Assembly (NCBI GenBank): GCA_032718475.1 | Contig: JAUCBJ010006637.1 | Span: 62,714 to 126,713 of the forward strand | Source of the DNA: Nemertoderma westbladi | Lineage: Eukaryota > Animalia > Xenacoelomorpha | Direction of reading: 5' to 3' | DNA length: 64,000 nucleotides | Part shown: piece after piece, positions 24,036 through 36,093 of the stretch | Position numbering within the stretch: the first letter of the stretch is position 1 | Layout of the letters: every line of letters begins with the position of its first letter | Made by a program: the position numbers and the translations under genes | Notes under the pieces: model-generated | What the model saw: the letters and a program-made list of their open reading frames with translations, nothing else | The model's database searches: none | What the model was told of the DNA's origin: nothing

Positions 24036-24787
24036 GTGCACAAACGAATGAAAATCCCACCGATGTCTATATTTAGCATTGGTTTGAACATTCATCCGGG
24101 CAACAACTCCCACGTCATAGATTCATTCGCAGGTGAACTAGTGAGATGTGCCATGTATAATAATTAGATAACAGACCCCCTATTCAATCCGTGTGTCAAC
24201 CTTTAGGATAAAAGCACTCATAGCGATGTTAACTAACTAGTACTTATTCCTTGATCTTCATTAAACAACGTACAGTGCAGTTGAAGAGTACAGATCTCCT
24301 GTTAGACTAATATGATTCAAGATAACTAACTTAATGGTCCATTTCTACCATTCTTCTTTCGCCTCAAATAGCTACAATAATAAAAATAACCGGAAGTTTG
24401 AAACCTAGGTACCTAGTTCAAGCCCAAATAGGGTCGGTAAAAAATTATCGCTATAGAGAGCATTTTATCTAACTGTACATTATCATACATTATTATATAA
24501 ATAATAAAGATTCCCTGGTTGGTGGACATTACCATGTCAGGGCGCTACAGTAGAAACTGTCAAGGAACATTGCGAGTTGGTAAACAACAAATTATACTGA
24601 TAGACCTTTCGACTTAAGGGCCACATTTCAATAACTTACTGTATCATTGTACTTACCGCATAACATGGTGTTGTGTAATATGACAAATTGTAACAAATTT
24701 ATGTGGTAAGCTAAAATCTAGGAGTGCGTGTACCGATAACTCTATAATAAATATTTGTTATTTCCAATACAGATCGAAATAGGCCTA

Positions 24788-24990
24788 GAAATAAAGTAAA
24801 GAATAAAGTAAAGAAAGAGATAATGATGTGTGGGGGCAAGTTAGTTTCAAACAAGTGCGAAATCGCTTAAGGGTCCGCGTCTACTAACGCGTGAACCTAC
24901 CTAATACAAAACCAACAAATTCACTGGAAACGGGGATTGAACTCGGTACTTAGAGATTCCAAGTCCAACGCTCTACCAACTTCGCCTCTG
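24788..24990 (-). mobile_element. tRNA-derived SINE
   Basis: The - strand reads ggcgaagttggtagagcg...gagttcaatcccc (A and B boxes) and ends in a (ctttactttatt)-type tail. Confidence 0.55.
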
Positions 24991-25261
24991 CGCCTTATGA
25001 AGCCTTATAAAGCTAACACCGTACTGGAAATTAACGACACCAACAACGGAATTAATACTAGACCTAAAAATCGTTCAATAACAAATCAATTTCAATCATA
25101 AACTCCTGGTTGCATTTTAAAATCGGAAAATTATCACAAATCGATAGTTTGAATTCGAATCCCAACCAAATACTTTTAATCATGCATAAGTTAGTCTCGT
25201 GAGACAAAATTGTCATAAAAGCGCACCAGGTCTCTATTTACATCGTTGTGTGAAATAGTGA

Positions 25262-27475
25262 AAAGTAGTACTTTATGTACCGAGAGAACGCAGCGAGGGA
25301 GGAGTAGTGTAGGATAAAGTAGTACTTTATGTACCGAGAGAACGCAGCGAGGGAGGAGTAGTGTAGGATAAAGTAGTACTTTATGTACCGAGAGAACGCA
25401 GCGAGGGAGGAGTAGTGTAGGATAAAGTAGTACTTTATGTACCGACAGAACGCAGCGAGGGAGGAGTAGTGTAGGATAAAGTAGTACTTTATGTACCGAG
25501 AGAGCGCCGCGAGGGAGGAGTAGTGTAGGATGAAGTAGTACTTTATGTACCGACAGAACGCAGCGAGGGAGGAGTAGTGTAGGATAAAACAGTACTTTAT
25601 GTACCGAGAGAACGCAGCGAGGGAGGAGTAGTGTAGGATAAAGTAGTACTTTATGTACCGAGAGAGCGCCGCGAGGGAGGAGTAGTGTAGGATGAAGTAG
25701 TACTTTATGTACCGAGAGAACGCAGCGAGGGAGGAGTAGTGTAGGATAAAGTAGTACTTTATGTACCGACAGAACGCAGCGAGGGAGGAGTAGTGTAGGA
25801 TAAAACAGTACTTTATGTACCGAGAGAACGCAGCGAGGGAGGAGTAGTGTAGGATAAAGTAGTACTTTATGTACCGAGAGAGCGCCGCGAGGGAGGAGTA
25901 GTGTAGGATGAAGTAGTACTTTATGTACCGAGAGAACGCAGCGAGGGAGGAGTAGTGTAGGATAAAACAGTACTTTATGTACCGAGAGAACGCAGCGAGG
26001 GAGGAGTAGTGTAGGATAAAGTAGTACTTTATGTACCGAGAGAACGCAGCGAGGGAGGAGTAGTGTAGGATAAAACAGTACTTTATGTACCGAGAGAACG
26101 CAGCGAGGGAGGAGTAGTGTAGGATAAAGTAGTACTTTATGTACCGAGAGAGCGCCGCGAGGGAGGAGTAGTGTAGGATGAAGTAGTACTTTATGTACCG
26201 AGAGAACGCAGCGAGGGAGGAGTAGTGTAGGATAAAACAGTACTTTATGTACCGAGAGAACGCAGCGAGGGAGGAGTAGTGTAGGATGAAGTAGTACTTT
26301 ATGTACCGAGAGAACGCAGCGAGGGAGGAGTAGTGTAGGATAAAGTAGTACTTTATGTACCGAGAGAACGCAGCGAGGGAGGAGTAGTGTAGGATAAAGT
26401 AGTACTTTATGTACCGAGAGAACGCAGCGAGGGAGGAGTAGTGTAGGATAAAGTAGTACTTTATGTACCGAGAGAACGCAGCGAGGGAGGAGTAGTGTAG
26501 GATAAAGTAGTACTTTATGTACCGAGAGAACGCAGCGAGGGAGGAGTAGTGTAGGATAAAGTAGTACTTTATGTACCGAGAGAACGCAGCGAGGGAGGAG
26601 TAGTGTAGGATAAAGTAGTACTTTATGTACCGAGAGAACGCAGCGAGGGAGGAGTAGTGTAGGATAAAGGAGTACTTTATGTACCGACAGAACGCAGCGA
26701 GGGAGGAGTAGTGTAGGATAAAGGAGTACTTTATGTACCGAGAGAACGCAGCGAGGGAGGAGTAGTGTAGGATAAAGTAGTACTTTATGTACCGAGAGAG
26801 CGCAGCGAGGGAGGAGTAGTGTAGGATAAAGTAGTACTTTATGTACCGACAGAACACAGCGAGGGAGGAGTAGCGTGGGATAAAGTAGTACTTTATGTAC
26901 CGAGAGAGCGCAGCGAGGGAGGAGTAGCGTGGGATAAAGTAGTACTTTATGTACCGAGAGAGCGCAGCGAGGGAGGAGTAGTGTAGGATAAAGTAGTACT
27001 TTATGTACCGACAGAACACAGCGAGGGAGGAGTAGCGTGGGATAAAGTAGTACTTTATGTACCGAGAGAACGCAGCGAGGGAGGAGTAGTGTAGGATAAA
27101 GTAGTACTTTATGTACCGAGAGAGCGCAGCGAGGGAGGAGTAGCGTGGGATAAAGTAGTACTTTATGTACCGAGAGAGCGCAGCGAGGGAGGAGTAGTGT
27201 AGGATAAAGTAGTACTTTATGTACCGACAGAACACAGCGAGGGAGGAGTAGCGTGGGATAAAGTAGTACTTTATGTACCGAGAGAACGCAGCGAGGGAGG
27301 AGTAGTGTAGGATAAAGTAGTACTTTATGTACCGAGAGAACGCAGCGAGGGAGGAGTAGTGTAGGATAAAGTAGTACTTTATGTACCGAGAGAACGCAGC
27401 GAGGGAGGAGTAGCTAGGGATAAAGTAGTACTTTATGTACCGAGAGAGCGCAGCGAGGGAGGAGTAGTGTGGGAT
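25262..27475. repeat. 54-bp minisatellite, ~41 copies
   Basis: Unit aagtagtactttatgtaccgagagaacgcagcgagggaggagtagtgtaggata. Confidence 0.97.
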
Positions 27476-28159
27476 CACGTAAATAAACGAACCGTGAATT
27501 ACGCTGGATAGGTTAATGTGTGTCTTAATCGGCGTACTCAACGCTTAATTTATAGGTTTATGTCCGTTGCAGTTACTACAACAACCGTATGGTAAACAAT
27601 TTTACGCATAATAAACCACGGATATCATGAAGGAGTTGTAAACTATAATTTTAAAGGCTTAACGCTTCGGGTTTCATTCGCTTTTAATATTGCAATATGT
27701 TGTTTAGTTACAAGCAGGGGGGTGTTTCAACTCTGAATCACATAACATACCAAAAAGTAAAGGTTTTTGGGCCAAAATTATAAAAATATATATTTTTGTT
27801 GATTATTGAAATTAATTACCTTAATTATTGTGGTCTTACACGCAAAGTTATTATTGTTACCGTGGCTGTTTGTTAGTTACCCTTGGAAACGAATATATAT
27901 ATGGCATTGAATTGGAATACGCCAAAACTATAATCCGTAAAATGAACAAATGTGTCACAAATAAAGATTGACATACCAAATATTTCGAGATTCCACAACT
28001 ACCGTTCTATAGGAATGGCCTGGTAACGCTAAGCTCTTACTATACTCCCTCTGGGAAACATATTTATTAATCGATAACCGGAAAATAACAACAATCATGG
28101 GTTGCCTCCACGGAATGCAATCTGTTGATTGCGAATTATTGGTATTTGTTAATAAGGGC

Positions 28160-28890
28160 TGCTACTCTCACGGCTCACCGCTGCTACACTCACGGCTCAC
28201 CGTTGCTACCCTCACGGCTCACCGCTGCTACTCTCACGGCTCACCGCTGCTACACTCACGGCTCACCGCTGCTACACTCACGGCTCACCGTTGCTACCCT
28301 CACGGCTCACCGTTGCTACCCTAACGTCTCACCGCTGCTACCCTCACGGCTCACCGTCGCTACCCTAACGCCTCACCGTTGCTACCCTAACGTCTCACCG
28401 CTGCTACCCTCACGACTCACCGCTGCTACTCTCACGGTTCACCGTTGCTACCCTAACGCCCCACCGTTGCTACCCCCACGGCTCACCGTTGCTACCCTCA
28501 CGGATCACCGTTGCTACCCTCACGGCTCACCGTTGCTACCCTAACGCCTCACCGTTGCTACCTTAACGCCTCACCGTTGCTACCCTAACGCCTCACCGTT
28601 GCTACCCTAATGCCTCACCATTGCTACCCTCACGGCTCACCGTTGCTACCCTAACGCCTCACCGTTGCTACCCTAACGCCTCACCATTGCTACCCTAACG
28701 CCTCACCATTGCTACCCTAACGCCTCACCGTTGCTACCCTAACGCCTCGCCTCACCGTTGCTACCCTAACGCCTCACCATTGCTACCCTAACGCCTCACC
28801 GTTGCCACCCTAACGCCTCACCATTGCTACCCTAACGCCTCACCGTTGCTACCCTAACGCCTCACCGTTGCTACCCCAACGTCTCACCCT
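28160..28890. repeat. 22-bp minisatellite (ctcacggctcaccgttgctacc grading into ctaacgcctcaccgttgctacc)
   Basis: Direct inspection. Confidence 0.95.
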
Positions 28891-30162
28891 GCCACCACCA
28901 TGACATTGCGGTTGCATCCTGTATGTATATTCGTCTAGTCTCATCATCACGAGAAGGTGGTTATGCAACAAAAATATCTACGTTACGTTATTGGTTTGCT
29001 TGCTGGATATTTTGAGTTTCACCGTGGTAGTGCGAGTCTCAAAACGCGGAAACAATGACATTTTGAGTTTCCCCGTGGTAGTGCGAGTCTCAAAACGCGG
29101 AAACAATGATATTTTAGCTTCTACTCTACAATTATGAGAACCTGTTGCATTGGCCTCACTTAAATATGTTTCTGTCTATTCTCCCGTCATTATAATACAA
29201 TAGTTATAAAGTCAACTTACCTTCACTGCTCGTTGAGACCGTGTATATGATTAAAATATATTTACAAAACAAAAAGTTACAATGCCAATAATAATTAATA
29301 CAGTAATCTCTCTAATCTGGCAGAATTATTACCTTTCTATACATAATAACGGTGTAATATCCAAGTCACTGCCTTTGTATAATAAAACCGTAATATTCGA
29401 GTACATTAAGAGATACAATATTTGGGCGATTCTTCTTCGCATCAACATGTTACTGGGCTACCCGCAGTAATGCAAGACTTATATACCGGTAGGAACGTGA
29501 CAATCTGCTACGTTCCCTTTAGTTTACAGTATAGGTTCGCCGTTGGGGGTTGCTACATCGCTATGCAGTGCCAACCCCTCCCATATATAGAGTTACTCCT
29601 CCCATCACATTATTGCCAGTGCAGACTCCCCATATCTTACCCAAGAAAACAAGCTGTAACGTGTCACTCATGTACTGAACCAATGCAAACTAGCGATTTA
29701 GGCCCTTCCGCTTATCTGATGACTGAAACCTCCAAGATTTGGTGTTGAACCAATTCTTACTAACAACGTAGCGGCGTTGTGCTAATGTTTCTATGGCACT
29801 AGGCTGACAACCAATAGCACACCTATTTGTTACCATGCTTCACTTTGCACTGTGGAGCCCGCCTTAATTATATGCGGAACTCCTATTGGTTAGGGTATTT
29901 GTTAGGCTGGTGTTGCACCTTGTGCCTTATGAAAAGGTAGTAACTTACAGTCTTTATTAAAAAAAAATATAATAATACTTACTGTAGTTATTACGTATTA
30001 AAAGATAATAAAGATAATTACGTTTTAATGTTGCAACTCAACATATGATAATAAGAACTTACCTGCGGGTGATGGTTTCTCGCGGGAAGTGCAGCTCAGT
30101 ATTGAATAACTCTTAAATTGTACTTTAGTAAAGTGTTGCAATTGTACCTTAACACATCAACT

Positions 30163-30465
30163 ACTACTATAATCGGTCTGCTGTTAGTATTGCAGTTGCA
30201 CATTGAGATGCTATGCTGGCTTAACAAAAAATTTGTGCCACTTGGCTTTTTGTAATGCAGCTTGCATTTAGAATGCTATGCTGACTTATCGACAAATTGC
30301 GCTGCCACAACCGCTTACCCCCCATGTTTCGCGAAATTATCCGCATTTTCAAGGCCAGTGTCCTTTAAGAGGCGTCTTAAGAAAGTCATGGGCTGTCAAA
30401 GCACAAGATTGTGCCCAGGTTGGGTTAGCCCTCGCGGCGAAAGCAATGTCTTGCGAAGTGCGTTT
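30163..30465 (-). mobile_element. Degraded RTE LINE 3' end
   Basis: caaggccagtgtcctttaaga, aagaaagtcatgggctgtc and ctactactat tail match 1171-1440. Confidence 0.8.
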
Positions 30466-30704
30466 AAGACAGTTCCTATAACCTGTAGCAGCTTGATCTA
30501 GTGGTGACGTTCCTGGCCTTCCATTTAGGAATCCCTGGTAGATCCCTAGATGGGACAGCACTGTTTGGGCACTGTGCTTTAAATCTTTAAATGCTTCAGC
30601 CTAGCCCAACCCTGGCTTTGATCCTTCACTGGTCGATAAATGGGAACCAATGCGACGTGGGAAACAGAGTGGAACGTGGAAGGGTTTGATGTTCAAGATC
30701 ACCC

Positions 30705-31772
30705 TTGGTGGTGAACAGGAATTCCTTTTGGGAAACATAGTGGAAGGGTTTACTGTGGAAGAACACCCATGGTGGTGAACAGGCATTCATTTAGGAAACA
30801 GAGTGGAAGGGTTTGCTGTGGAAGATTACCCATGTTAGTGAACAGGTATTCATTTAGGAAACAGAGTGGAAGGGTTTGCTGTGGAAGATCACCCATGGTA
30901 GTGAACAGGCATTCCTTTAGGAAACAGAGTGGAAGGGTTTCCTGTGGAAGATCACCCATGGTGGTGAACAGGCATTCGTTTAGGAAACCGAGTGGAAGGG
31001 TTTACTGTGGAAGATCACCCATGGTGGTGAACAGGCATTCATTTAGGAAACAGAGTGGAAGGGTTTGCTGTGGAAGATTACCCATGTTAGTGAACAGGTA
31101 TTCATTTAGGAAACAGAGTGGAAGGGTTTGCTGTGGAAGATCACCCATGGTAGTGAACAGGCATTCCTTTAGGAAACAGAGTGGAAGGGTTTCCTGTGGA
31201 AGATCACCCATGGTGGTGAACAGGCATTCGTTTAGGAAACCGAGTGGAAGGGTTTACTGTGGAAGATCACCCATGGTGGTGAACAGGCATTCATTTAGGA
31301 AACAGAGTGGAAGGGTTTGCTGTGGAAGATTACCCATGTTAGTGAACAGGCATTCCTTTAGGAAACAGAGTGGAAGGGTTTCCTGTGGAAGATCACCCAT
31401 GGTGGTGAACAGGCATTCGTGTAGGAAACCGAGTGGAAGGGTTTACTGTGGAAGATCACCCATGGTAGTGAACAGGCATTCCTTTAGGAAACAGAGTGGA
31501 AGGGTTTCCTGTGGAAGATCACCCATGGTGGTGAACAGGCATTCGTTTAGGAAACCGAGTGGAAGGGTTTACTGTGGAAGATCACCCATGGTGGTGAACA
31601 GGCATTCGTTTACGAAACCGAGTGAAAGGGTTTACTGTGGAAGATCACCCATGGTGGTGAACAGGCATTCATTTAGGAAACAGAGTGGAAGGGTTTGCTG
31701 TGGAAGATCACCCATGGTAGTGAACAGGCATTCCTTTAGGAAACAGAGTGGAAGGGTTTACTGTGGAAGAGC
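30705..31772. repeat. 63-bp minisatellite, ~17 copies, with 4-unit higher-order block
   Basis: Unit atggtggtgaacaggcattcatttaggaaacagagtggaagggtttgctgtggaagatcaccc; near-identical ORFs 30750-30959 and 31002-31211 are offset by 252 bp. Confidence 0.95.
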
Positions 31773-32884
31773 ACCCAGCCGCCCAGTGAAAAGTGTGCAA
31801 GCGTATCGCAAGCGTGCAACGCAGGCGTATCTGATATGATTTGATGTTATGGCCGACCTTTTACGCAAGCGACCTACTTGAGTTATGTCGCATAAATATC
31901 GCAACAACTTGCTTTCAGTCGCATAAAACTCACATGCGATTCACTTGCGACTTCTATGCGTCATGACGCATTTATTATCGCTAAAAATTCATTGAAATGG
32001 AAACCATAGCTAAATCGCTATATCTCCAAAAGTAAACAAAATGATAAGCAAAAATAATTAAACAATAATAATTATTAAACCCCGATGCCAATATGAGAGT
32101 CGAAAAGGGAATAAGGGAATAAAAGTCTATCAAAATATTTGACATTAAAATTTTTTTTACATTCCCGTTGCCATGGTAATAAGTATAATGAAAAATTTGA
32201 ATAATTGTCATTCAATTCTATAAAACACCGTTTTGCTCGGTTTGTCAGTCTGAATATTAAGTTAAAGTTACCAACATTATATTTTATCAATCGTCAATTG
32301 TGAATCATATTTGTAAAGGTCATAAAGTGCCAATAAACAAAACTGTCCAATCAGAGAGCAAGACCTGTGATAACATGATTTTTAGTTTCTAGAATATTAA
32401 ATTTTGGTGAGCAATTATGGAAACGGGATTGAAAAATAATATACCTTACAAATATTTTGATAGACTTTTATTTCCTTAACTCACCTGTCAAATCTCAAGA
32501 ACAGAATCCCCCTTCATCTTGAATTACAGACCCCGCAAAGTTTGAACTTTGTACCCGGTTAACTTGACAACAAAATAAAAATTCCAGAAAGACATTTTAT
32601 AACATTTCTATGAACCCTAGTCATCATTTCCACCTAACAAAAGTAGCACATAAGAAGTTTCCAAGGAAATATTATGAAAATAGTGCCATAAATAGAGAAA
32701 AGATCGGCCCACGCTAATTTCAGCTATCCCGCTCGCTGCACGACCTGTTATTTAGTATACCTTGATTATATATAACTTTTATTTTGTTAATAAAGTTTTT
32801 CGTATAATAATGATAATACTAACAAACAGTTTTTGCAATTGGTGTCGCGATGCTGAAAATTTTGCGTTCAAAAACATTCCTTGG

Positions 32885-33650
32885 GTAACCGATGTCAAAA
32901 TCCGTGTGTGACGTTCCGTTCGTAACTTATGTCAAAATCCGTGTGTAACATAACTGAGTATTCCGTGTGTAACTGATGTCAAAATCGCGTGTAACATACC
33001 TGCGTGAGTATTCCGTGCGTAACTGATGTCAAAATTCGTGTGTAACGTTCCGTGCGTCTGCGTGAGTATTCGGTGCGTAACTGATGTCAAAATTAGTGTG
33101 TAACGTTCCGTGTGTAACTGATGTCAAAATCCGTGTGTAACATACCTGAGTATTCCGTGTGTAACTGATGTCAAAATCGCGTGTAACATACCTGCGTGAG
33201 TATTCCGTGCGTAACTGATGTCAAAATTCGTGTGTAACGTTCCGTGCGTCTGCGTGAGTATTCGGTGCGTAACTGATGTCAAAATTCGTGTGTAACGTTC
33301 CGTGCGTCTGCGTGAGTATTCGGTGCGTAACTGATGTCAAAATTAGTGTGTAACGTTCCATGTGTAACTGATGTCAAAATCCGTGTGTAACATACCTGAG
33401 TATTCCGTGTGTAACTGATGTCAAAATCCGTGTGTAACATACCTGAGTATTCCGTGTGTAACTGATGTCAAAATCCGTGTGTAACATACCTGAGTATTCC
33501 GTGTGTAACTGATGTCAAAATCCGTGTGTAACATACCTGAGTATTCCGTGTGTAACTGATGTCAAAATCCGTGTGTAACATACCTGAGTATTCCGTGTGT
33601 AACTGATGTCAAAATCCGTGTGTAACATACCTGAGTATTCCGTGTGTAAC
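32885..33650. repeat. ~47-bp minisatellite
   Basis: Unit gtaactgatgtcaaaatccgtgtgtaacatacctgagtattccgtgt. Confidence 0.93.
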
Positions 33651-33936
33651 ATTCGCTCCCGTAAACTACCGCTCGGTGTACATTCGCTCCCGTAAACTAC
33701 CGCTCGGTGTACATTCGCTCCCGTAAACTACAGCTCGGTGTACATTCGCTCCCGTAAACTACCGCTCGGTGTACATTCGCTCCCGTAAACTACCGCTCGG
33801 TGTACATTCGCTCCCGTAAACTACCGCTCGGTGTACATTCGCTCCCGTAAACTACCGCTCGGTGTACATTCGCTCCCGTAAACTACCGCTCGGTGTACAT
33901 TCGCTCCCGTATACTACCGCTCGGTGTACATTCGCT
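33649..33936. repeat. 31-bp minisatellite, ~9 copies, directly abutting the 47-bp array
   Basis: Unit acattcgctcccgtaaactaccgctcggtgt. Confidence 0.93.
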
Positions 33937-34826
33937 ATTGTATTGTCTTCTAATTTCAGTCGAGATTTTTTTCATGTGTAAGGCTGGCTCGTAATACGAG
34001 TTTGCTTTTTTTCAATGAAATGTTCTTGAATTTGCGATACTTTTTTCGATAAATCTGGCGAGAATACATATATTTATGTTATACATTAGTAGAAAATTAT
34101 CTCTCTACCTTGAATAACCCGAAATACATGAACCAACAAACTTTTGTCAAAGTATTGGTAGGCCTACATTTAGTCAGTTCGTACATAACGATACTTTTCT
34201 TGGTAAAAATCTTGAACACATCGGGCAGTGATCCATTTTTTTTTATTTTTTAAATTTTATACTATAAAAAGTATTGCAGGGATAAATCATAATTTTGAGT
34301 CTAAAACCGTCAATCAAATTCCGTAACGTAACATGTTTTTTTTAATAAATGCCCAACGAGACTCGCGTAGCTCAGCCGCTGTTCAGGGCCAAATTACTGG
34401 CTGGTCAGTCTGACAGTGCTAGACATATTAACTGCGGGGGGGGGGGGGGGTGGGGGTTGGGTGGAGAGGGGGGGGGGGGGGGGGATCCAGTAGTGTTTTA
34501 AACCACTTTTTTTTACATTAGGGTATGTGCTGTCCTGGCTCTGGGGTATGGTAATAACTGCCAGATTATTATAGTAAACACACAAATTTCAAACAAAAAA
34601 TGATATTCATTATATATTTATTATTACAAAATTATAATTGTTAATTATTATGCTAAGGAACAGAGTTATAATGAAATAAGACAGTCAAAAATTATTACAA
34701 ACTAAGCCATTAACGGCAGCCGAACTGTACAATAGCTATACTGTAGCAACAGTGTAGCACTAATAGCCTACAACTACGTTCACTATTTATTATATATATA
34801 CTATACAAGCTATATTTCGCCAGCTA

Positions 34827-35016
34827 TTAACTCCCAGCACTGAGTATATCTGATCTAAGTTGAGGTGTCTCGAGTGCGGATTGTCTCAACCTCGTAACAC
34901 ATTCCATATACTCCGCGTATAAATGGCTACAATTCAATGAGTCCGTTAGATGTAGATCGAGGCATTTCTCGATTGAGTTTTTAATGTCGATGCAAACAGG
35001 TTTATATTCGATGGAA
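34827..35016 (-). CDS. CHCHD3: MIC19/CHCHD3-like exon 5 (terminal, CHCH domain)
   Basis: ttttcag|...YKPVCIDIKNSIEKCLDLHLTDSLNCSHLYAEYMECV...*: CX9C-X10-CX9C as in CHCHD3/CHCHD6. Confidence 0.88.
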
Positions 35017-35794
35017 CTGAAAAATAAAACAATTATATTATATATAAGAAATCGAAAAGTAATTAATTGTGGAATAAAAAAATGTATCGAAAACAGTTTC
35101 ATTATTTTATTACTCTGCAAAATTAGGGAGACCCTAAGGGGAGGCCTACCTACTGTGTTAGCTGTATTATATTATACATTTGGTATAGTAACAAGTTATG
35201 GATGGCAAGTAATTAATTGGTTGCCGATTGAGGATGTGAGATAATAAATTTCTAAAAATTAAGTGATTGAAGTAGAAGAGTGAAATAACCTGAAGTAAGG
35301 AGGACTGCGATCGAGCGAGTGGAGGAAATAAAAGGGATAGTCTCCGATCGAATCTCATTGATTTATTTAGTTGGGAAATATGATTCTAATTATAAATTCT
35401 AATAATATAATATAATTCTACACACCACAGAGCATTGGGTCAGCTAATTACAGTGAATGTTCTAGACGTCTTTGTTAACCTCGCAATGTACAAATTTCGG
35501 AATCGCGAAACTTTTAAGGGAATAAATATATCGCATTTACAAACCAATAAGTTTGCCATCCCCAACTTGTTACTATAGAAATGTACAGCTAACACAGTCA
35601 TTAGGTAGTAGGACTACATTATTTTAATATTCAATACATATTGAATTTCTCCCCTCCTTATTAATTATTATATTTAGCCTTATAATGTTAGAAATTAATA
35701 GAGAATTGAGATGCTGTACTTATAAACTAATTAATACAACTTTAGTGTCTGGAGCGTCTAACTTCTATACATTGATCTGGGGTCGTTCACTAAC

Positions 35795-35919
35795 CTTATC
35801 ATTGAGTCAACCTTCTCTACATTCCATCTGAGATTGCTCTGAGCCATGGCTTTATGTAAACGACTTCTACGTTCCATTGCCTCGGCATATTGCTGCCACA
35901 CCTCGCTGTGCTCTTTAAC
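35795..35919 (-). CDS. CHCHD3: MIC19/CHCHD3-like exon 4
   Basis: gtatag|VKEHSEVWQQYAEAMERRSRLHKAMAQSNLRWNVEKVDSMI ag|gttagt; phase 0 to 2, fits exon 5. Confidence 0.8.
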
Positions 35920-36093
35920 CTATACATAGAAATAAAGCCTTATAATGTCCTTCTCATCCTCTATAAAATCTACTCCCGATTACCGGGAAATGGATTATCA
36001 ATTTAACATAATTATTTATTTAAGTATTGAGCTTGTAACGAACTAATTAATTACCTTCGTGGCACACATTCACACTACTGTAACATCCTACCT

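Noticed and set aside
20156-24167. Very long ORFs (up to 940 aa) on both strands
   Set aside because: They are translations of 19-21-bp satellites, open in several frames at once, with no unique domain.
25238-27541. 767-aa ORF of 18-aa repeats
   Set aside because: A 54-bp unit without a stop in one frame; non-ATG start, short flanks, no recognisable domain or splice context.
30769-31839. 356-aa Arg/Cys-rich ORF
   Set aside because: Lies almost entirely within a 63-bp minisatellite; no independent coding evidence.
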